Shown here: positions 58,781 through 64,000 of the stretch, one piece after another
Layout: the number at the start of each line of letters is the position of its first letter
Numbering within the stretch: position 1 is the first letter of the stretch
Source: a phage
Length of the DNA stretch: 64,000 nucleotides
Strand: one strand, 5' to 3'
Assembly (NCBI GenBank): GCA_018015315.1
Contig: GCA_018015315.1_3629.1
Translations under genes and position numbers: made by a program
The notes under the pieces: generated by a model
Database searches by the model: none
Told to the model about the DNA's origin: nothing
The model's input: the letters and a program-made list of their open reading frames with translations, nothing else

Positions 58781-59025
58781 GTCAGTTTCCACACATAAAC
58801 TTCATCCAAGCTCGCGCGGGAGACTCTCAACCGACTCCTTACGGCGCTGGCAAGCTTTCGTCGGTGGTCCACATCAGTGCTCGGCCTTTGGCCTGCGCTA
58901 TCGCTTCGCTCCCACACATGTTAACAGACCTGCATGTATGCACTTCTGTTATTGTGTGCACCAAGGAGGCCCGGCATCTCGCCCATCGTAGGCGAGTGCC
59001 AATGAAGGGCCGACACTACCTATAG
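58781..59025. ncRNA. candidate structured non-coding RNA (GC-rich island, strand unknown)
   Basis: About 245 bp of GC-rich sequence in an AT-rich intergenic gap; ends can pair (GGCCTTC...GAAGGGCC); several internal hairpins; no credible ORF or RBS. Confidence 0.3.
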
Positions 59026-59155
59026 TAAGTAATAATTTTAAAACATGGTACTTAGGATCTAGTATATTCTACATAAGTTAAGTATATGTACTTAGTACCA
59101 TAAGTACTAGATCTTTTATTTTTTATTATTTAGTTATTTTAGTTATATTCTTTAT

Positions 59156-59236
59156 GTGTCCGTATCACGGACAGTTAGTGTCCGTATTACGGGCAGATGT
59201 GTCCGCGTGACGGACAGTAGTGTCCGTATCACGGAC
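59156..59236. repeat. array of four palindromic iterons (TGTCCGT-NNN-ACGGACA)
   Basis: Units start at 59156, 59178, 59199, 59220 (21-22 bp periodicity); units 1 and 4 identical, 2 and 3 differ by 1-2 bases; beside an AT-rich stretch with inverted repeats (GATCTAGTA 59055-59063 / TACTAGATC 59104-59112). Confidence 0.7.
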
Positions 59237-59312
59237 AGTTACTGACCTCTGTTCCAGAGCGAACATAAAACATACGAATCCTTATAGTACAGATATTTAA
59301 GTTTTTACTGGT

Positions 59313-59663
59313 CTAACCAGTTGTTGACATTCGAATAACCTCTTCTGGTGGCAAAACTTTGGAAAATGTACATCTTTTACCTCTCCCTTGTGTGGATATT
59401 TCAACCACTCCTGCACATTCTAAAGTTTTAACGCACGCTGCTGCTTTTGTTTTCTTTATCCCAACATCTGCTGCAATTTTCCTTGTGCTTGGTGTGAAGC
59501 GTGAATTTCCTCCAAGCTTATACCAGTTGTGCAGGTAGCAGTATACGATCTTGTCATATAAGTCAAGAACAACAACCTCCCCAGTTGTGTCATTCAAAAC
59601 TTTTGACATAGACAGTATTTCAAGGGGGACTTTAAGATATAGCAGCTTATCCCCATCTTTCAT
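59313..59663 (-). CDS. putative helix-turn-helix DNA-binding protein
   Basis: 116 aa; HTH-like segment TRKIAADVGIKKTKAAACVKTLECAGVV; adjacent to the iteron array. Confidence 0.55.
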   Translation of the reverse strand: MKDGDKLLYLKVPLEILSMSKVLNDTTGEVVVLDLYDKIVYCYLHNWYKLGGNSRFTPSTRKIAADVGIKKTKAAACVKTLECAGVVEISTQGRGKRCTFSKVLPPEEVIRMSTTG

Positions 59664-59710
59664 ATCTCCTGATTCTCCTTGTGTGGCAATTTTCTTTAAA
59701 ATAGCAGGGA

Positions 59711-60265
59711 TTACTCCCCGCTGTCAATAGCAAGACTCATTGCAATAAGGTATGCCTCTTCTAATGGTAAGAGTCTCCCCCACACATCCCAACCGACATC
59801 AAACTGCCTGCCAAACAACTGCTGTGTGGTTCCGTGAGCATGACCGAACAGTTGGACTGATCCGTGAGGCTTTCTGTTCCACTTTGCAAACTGGTAATGG
59901 CTCATACAGATCAAATTCTTGTTGTGGCGAAGCTCGTAATAATCTACAACCTCATGACCGAACTCTTTCATAATTCTGACAGTCGTCCTTGTGTCATGGT
60001 TACCACGAACAAGAATAATATGTCCGTTCAACATATTTAGAACATCTGGGAGCAATTTGTTGATATTCTTATCATTAGTGCACGCAATATCTCCCAAGTG
60101 AAACACAGTGTCTGCAGGCGACACAACAGAGTTCCACTCGGCGATGATTCCCGCATTCATACTGTCAAGATTGTGATCATACTGAGATCTGTGTTTTTGA
60201 CATGAATCAAACTCCATGACCCGCTGGTGGAGAAAGTGTGTGTCGCTTGTTACAAAGTATTTCAT
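59711..60265 (-). CDS. calcineurin-like metallophosphoesterase
   Basis: Start at the internal ATG (MKYFVTSDTHF); motifs D-x-H (SDTH), GD (HLGDIA), GNHD (RGNHDT), GHxH (GHAHG). Confidence 0.7.
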   Translation of the reverse strand: MKYFVTSDTHFLHQRVMEFDSCQKHRSQYDHNLDSMNAGIIAEWNSVVSPADTVFHLGDIACTNDKNINKLLPDVLNMLNGHIILVRGNHDTRTTVRIMKEFGHEVVDYYELRHNKNLICMSHYQFAKWNRKPHGSVQLFGHAHGTTQQLFGRQFDVGWDVWGRLLPLEEAYLIAMSLAIDSGE

Positions 60266-60272
60266 ACATTCC

Positions 60273-60683
60273 TCATTTAAGTTTAATGCAGTTTTTAAGC
60301 TGGCGTTCCATACGATCCACAACCTTGTCTGGAACATCATGAATGCTTTTATTACCGTGGCGGTTTTCAACCACGATCACGGTATAACTATACCCATGAC
60401 TGATTGCCATGTCAACATATTCCTGCACATGTTTTTCTTTTGTAAACGTATTACTTACCACGATACGGTCGTATCCCATACGCATCATATCTTCTACGTT
60501 ATCTTTGCACCATTTTGCTGCGAGTGTTACTTTACTTGCATCCCAGTTGTAATTGCCGTCATCGTCATACCAGAACATATCGTTCTCAAAATGTGGATAC
60601 AGACCTTCTAAAGATAGCGCATTTGCCAGTGTTGATTTGCCAGACCCTGGCAGACCACGCACGATATATAGCATTTTAGACAT
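60273..60683 (-). CDS. P-loop polynucleotide kinase-like protein
   Basis: Start at ATG (MSKMLYIV) with GGAGG RBS; Walker A GLPGSGKST at residues 10-18; ~136 aa, the size of a standalone 5'-kinase domain. Confidence 0.65.
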   Translation of the reverse strand: MSKMLYIVRGLPGSGKSTLANALSLEGLYPHFENDMFWYDDDGNYNWDASKVTLAAKWCKDNVEDMMRMGYDRIVVSNTFTKEKHVQEYVDMAISHGYSYTVIVVENRHGNKSIHDVPDKVVDRMERQLKNCIKLK

Positions 60684-60711
60684 AGCAATCCTCCGTTTTA
60701 ATTTTAATGAT

Positions 60712-60740
60712 AGTATACCTAACTGTTTTGTTAATTTCAA
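60712..60740 (-). promoter_or_regulatory. sigma70-like promoter for the kinase/phosphoesterase pair
   Basis: Minus strand: TTGAAA (60735-60740), 17-bp spacer, TATACT (60712-60717). Confidence 0.55.
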
Positions 60741-60783
60741 GTGTTGACACTAGGTTATTTGTGTGGCAGGATAGACTGACAAA

Positions 60784-61719
60784 ATGACAAATGAGGAACG
60801 TATGATGAAGTATTTTAATGCAGATGACCTAGTAGACAAAGGTCTTGTAACCAGTCGGTATTATCCAGATCTTGGATTAAAGATCTATAAATATGCCAGA
60901 AAAGTATTCTACAACAATCTGTGGCATTTGTCTCCGCGTTTACTGGAGTGCCGAGGTATTGTTGTTGGCAATGAGGGGAATGTTGTGGCATGGCCTTTCA
61001 CAAAAGTATTCAACTTAGGAGAAAACTCCACCAACCTACCGGACAGTAAACTTGTTACTGCGGTAGAGAAAAAGAACGGATTCCTCGGTGTGGTATCATC
61101 TCATAAAGGTGAACTATTGTTCTCAACAACCGGGTCTCTTGATTCTCCATATTGTAACCTTGCAAAGGAAACCATCCAAGAGCAATGTGGTAATTTAGAT
61201 CTTATCAAGAAGGTTATGGGCAATGAAAACATGACATTCATGTTTGAAATTTGTCACCCTTCAGATCCGCATATTGTTCAAGAAGACCATGGCGCATATT
61301 TGATAGGTTGCAGATATAATGATTCTGGAATAATGCTACCAGAAGCAGCTTTAGATGGGATTGCCAAATACCTTGGTGCAAAACGTCCTCACACTGTGCG
61401 TGAAATCCCGTTCAGCTATGCAAAAGAATTAGCTGCAGAAACAAGGGGCGAAGGGTATATGATCCGTAAGCCTTACTACCCTTATGACCTGCAGCTGAAG
61501 ATCAAGTCTCCATACTATTTGGCACGGAAGGCCGTAATGAGAGGTAAAGCATGGAAGATTTGGGATGACGATATTTTTAAACGTGTTGACGAGGAGTTTT
61601 ACGGTATGGTAAAATTTATTCGTAGCAACTATACAGAAGATGTGTGGAATTGCTTATTAGAGCAGGAGCGTCGCGAGATACTGGACTGCTATTTCCACAA
61701 CGAGGACTACATGAAATGA
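60784..61719 (+). CDS. RNA ligase (Rnl-like nucleotidyltransferase)
   Basis: 311 aa; candidate motif I lysine in VEKKNGFLG (KxxG); divergent from the kinase/phosphoesterase operon. Confidence 0.6.
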   Translation: MTNEERMMKYFNADDLVDKGLVTSRYYPDLGLKIYKYARKVFYNNLWHLSPRLLECRGIVVGNEGNVVAWPFTKVFNLGENSTNLPDSKLVTAVEKKNGFLGVVSSHKGELLFSTTGSLDSPYCNLAKETIQEQCGNLDLIKKVMGNENMTFMFEICHPSDPHIVQEDHGAYLIGCRYNDSGIMLPEAALDGIAKYLGAKRPHTVREIPFSYAKELAAETRGEGYMIRKPYYPYDLQLKIKSPYYLARKAVMRGKAWKIWDDDIFKRVDEEFYGMVKFIRSNYTEDVWNCLLEQERREILDCYFHNEDYMK

Positions 61720-62066
61720 AGAAGTGGATTGTGTGGCTTGATGATTTTAGAGATCCGTCAGATTATGGACTCCCAGACGCTCTGTGGCTAAAGAATTCTT
61801 CTGAATTTATGGATTTTCTTAATGATAAGAGAAAGCTCTACAGACGCGTATCTGAATGGTATTTTGACAATGATCTAGGTGAAGTTCTTGAAGGGTACGA
61901 CTGCTTCTCTGCGCTAGAGGAGAAACTTGTATTCGGAAAGCCACCACTTATTGACAACGTGATTATTTTCGTGCATACTTCTAATCCATCGGCAGCTCGT
62001 AAATTTATGCTTGCTGCTGACTCATTCAAGAAGTTTGGAATAGAGATCAAACAAAACATCTACTGA
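61716..62066 (+). CDS. hypothetical protein coupled to the RNA ligase
   Basis: ATG overlaps the ligase stop (ATGA); 117 aa. Confidence 0.5.
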   Translation: MKKWIVWLDDFRDPSDYGLPDALWLKNSSEFMDFLNDKRKLYRRVSEWYFDNDLGEVLEGYDCFSALEEKLVFGKPPLIDNVIIFVHTSNPSAARKFMLAADSFKKFGIEIKQNIY

Positions 62067-62074
62067 GGACACTT

Positions 62075-62836
62075 ATGCGACGACTGATTATTATCTCCGG
62101 TGCTGGTTTGAGCGCTGAATCTGGTATTCCCACTTTCCGATCTGGTAGCACTGCAATGTGGGAGAATTTCAGCATCGATGAGGTGTGCAACATCCACACC
62201 TTTGCCAAGAACTACTATAAGGTGCATGACTTTTACAATGCACGTCGTGTAGCTCTGGGCAGTGTTGATCCTAACCTTGCACATCTTCGGATCGCTGAGT
62301 GGTATTCCCGCTGGTCTGGTCGTGTGATCAACCTTACCACCAATGTAGATGATTTGCTGGAGCGTGCTGGTGTAAAACATGAAGATATTTTACATGTCCA
62401 CGGGTATTTGCCTGAAATCACCTACGAAGATGCTGAAGGTAATGATGTAATTAAAAATATCGGATACACGGAGGTAGATACAGGCAAGTATACCTGGGTT
62501 AAGCCCAATGTAGTGTTCTTCGGTGAGGTTGCTCCTAAGTATACAGACATGTATGACCTGTTGACATCTCTCACAAGCAATGATATGGTGATCCTAGTAG
62601 GTTGTTCTAACACAGTTATTAATTTTAACTGGGAATTGTTTCCTGCTACTTGTAAAGGCACAAAACTGCTGATTGTAAACAAGTATGACTCGCAGAGTGC
62701 AGATGGAAGTGGCATTTCACGTAGCGACCTTTATCAATATGAGGATCGCGGGATCCCTGTATGGTTTAACGGTGCTGTTGACGCTTTCTCTGATAAAGCA
62801 TTTATTGAAACTGTAGAAAACTTTATGGAACTTTAA
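62075..62836 (+). CDS. Sir2-family (sirtuin-like) NAD-dependent enzyme lacking the Zn-ribbon
   Basis: Sirtuin motifs GAGLSAESGIPTFRS, FYNARR, TTNVDD, HVHG, VVFFGE, ILVGCS; the CxxC...CxxC zinc module is absent. Confidence 0.75.
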   Translation: MRRLIIISGAGLSAESGIPTFRSGSTAMWENFSIDEVCNIHTFAKNYYKVHDFYNARRVALGSVDPNLAHLRIAEWYSRWSGRVINLTTNVDDLLERAGVKHEDILHVHGYLPEITYEDAEGNDVIKNIGYTEVDTGKYTWVKPNVVFFGEVAPKYTDMYDLLTSLTSNDMVILVGCSNTVINFNWELFPATCKGTKLLIVNKYDSQSADGSGISRSDLYQYEDRGIPVWFNGAVDAFSDKAFIETVENFMEL

Positions 62837-62849
62837 AAGGAGACCTTTA

Positions 62850-63563
62850 ATGCTGAATACTAAACTGATCGACAACCTGGAAAAACTGTCTCAGCCTGAA
62901 AACTACCTTTGGTCTGCCAACTGGGTGGAAAACTGGAACCGTGTGGCAGCTAAAGTGAAAAAATCATACACACCATTCGAATTACAGCTTAGCTTCATTG
63001 AGGAAGAGTTCAATGAGGTTTTGGAAGAGCTGGAGAAAGGTGATGGTGGAGATCACCTGCTAAAAGAGGCCTGCGATCTTCACGTTGTCACAAGTTATGC
63101 CGCTTATCTTGTTAATGATAATCACGAAAAGTGGTCAAACCTGTTTGATAATCCACGAGGTCTTAAGTTCAAGATCGGTGAGTTCTATGATACACTGATC
63201 GCTGCGAAAAACACATCCAAGCAAAGAGCGTCAGCTTACCGCTTAGCGGAGTTGTCAACAGCTTTGCTGTTCCAGCTTCGCGGCGATGTGTGTGGGATGA
63301 TGCGGAAGGTTCTCAAATCTAATGACAGTAAGTTTGCACGGATCAACCATCTACGATATTCTCACAGTGCCAGTGCAGATATGTCTACTGAATTGCTCAT
63401 AGAGTTAGAGATTGAAGATCTTGAGCGTCGTTTTGGTGGTCGCTACGAAGGTTTCGTTGCTAAAGAGGAGTTCTACAACGGTAATAAAGTTATTATATTC
63501 CTTGACAGTAAAGGTAAGATTATGAAGCCTTCGAGCTTCAAGGATGTAACAGAGTATATTTAA
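62850..63563 (+). CDS. MazG-like nucleoside triphosphate pyrophosphohydrolase
   Basis: 237 aa; EEEFNEVLEELEKGD...KEACD acidic metal-binding motif typical of all-alpha NTP pyrophosphatases. Confidence 0.55.
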   Translation: MLNTKLIDNLEKLSQPENYLWSANWVENWNRVAAKVKKSYTPFELQLSFIEEEFNEVLEELEKGDGGDHLLKEACDLHVVTSYAAYLVNDNHEKWSNLFDNPRGLKFKIGEFYDTLIAAKNTSKQRASAYRLAELSTALLFQLRGDVCGMMRKVLKSNDSKFARINHLRYSHSASADMSTELLIELEIEDLERRFGGRYEGFVAKEEFYNGNKVIIFLDSKGKIMKPSSFKDVTEYI

Positions 63564-63625
63564 CAACATAGCCGGGATTACCCGGCTTTACTTATTATGG
63601 AAAGTATGCAGTGAGGTAGTTAGTT

Positions 63626-63934
63626 ATGTACAAGCATTCCAGAGATCTTGAAAAAGATGCTGTGTTTGGCGACCAGATGAAGGAGCTGATCAAACTTATA
63701 GGTAGAATGGAAGATAAGTTTGACACTAAAATCTACATCGATAGCAAGATCTTCAACCACAAAATATGGACAAATGTGTGTGTTGGGCTACATGGTGATA
63801 AAGATATTGTAAATTTGGTTGTAATAAAGTTCATAGTGTGGCAGAATAGGACTATACGTTATTCCGATCCACACTTACTTGTTTATCCTATAAAAGACCT
63901 ACTACAGAAGGAGGACTGCAATGCCGTTATTTAA
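63626..63934 (+). CDS. hypothetical protein
   Basis: 102-aa ORF. Confidence 0.45.
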   Translation: MYKHSRDLEKDAVFGDQMKELIKLIGRMEDKFDTKIYIDSKIFNHKIWTNVCVGLHGDKDIVNLVVIKFIVWQNRTIRYSDPHLLVYPIKDLLQKEDCNAVI

Positions 63935-64000
63935 TCTTGCTAAACCTGTAGAAGCACACCAGTTTGATGGAAGCTCTTCATCAGTATCTGATCTGCAACG
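63921..64000 (+). CDS. hypothetical protein, 5' part only (continues past window end)
   Basis: ATG at 63921 with AAGGAGGA RBS; frame open to the window edge. Confidence 0.4.
   Translation, partial: MPLFNLAKPVEAHQFDGSSSSVSDLQ

Noticed and set aside
58779-58991. 70-aa plus-strand ORF in the GC-rich island
   Set aside because: No RBS, Arg/Pro/Ser/Cys-rich translation typical of out-of-frame GC-rich sequence; the region is better explained as non-coding RNA or DNA.
59156-59236. Possible CRISPR array
   Set aside because: The units are palindromic and separated by only 3-5 bp, with no unique spacers; this is an iteron or operator array, not CRISPR.
59711-60370. Long form of the metallophosphoesterase ORF overlapping the kinase gene by ~100 nt
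   Set aside because: The internal start MKYFVTSDTHF matches the usual N-terminus of this family and removes the overlap.
60273-60740. Track start of the kinase ORF at 60740
   Set aside because: That codon is TTG and overlaps the -35 element; the ATG at 60683 with GGAGG RBS puts the Walker A motif at the N-terminus as expected.
1-64000. Naming the phage genus from gene order alone
   Set aside because: Layout and tRNA content are compatible with several large myovirus groups; without a database search any name would be a guess.

Overview
This window reads as a 64 kb segment of a large tailed-phage genome with a contractile tail (a myovirus-like layout), called from sequence alone with no database search. 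Layout: (i) 1-7.8 kb, small plus-strand genes of mostly unknown function, including a tandem array of four paralogous ~80-aa genes, a metallopeptidase/vWA fusion and a HAD phosphatase; (ii) 7.8-55.5 kb, a long minus-strand late region running terminase large subunit > portal > putative protease > scaffold > capsid > sheath > tube > chaperones > tape measure > baseplate > at least six large tail fiber or tailspike genes, with a spanin pair upstream of terminase; (iii) 55.9-56.8 kb, a cluster of seven minus-strand tRNA genes, one of them structurally atypical; (iv) 57-64 kb, small genes, two GC-rich non-coding islands, a four-unit palindromic iteron array beside an HTH gene, and a split RNA-repair gene set (P-loop kinase, metallophosphoesterase, RNA ligase) next to a Zn-ribbon-less Sir2 homolog and a MazG-like gene. 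The track counts TTG/GTG as starts, so several CDS starts were moved to an internal ATG with a Shine-Dalgarno; protein functions are motif-based inferences. The most likely candidates for something new are the RNA-ligase/Sir2/MazG cluster, the iteron locus with its GC-rich RNA-like island, and the four-gene paralog array.
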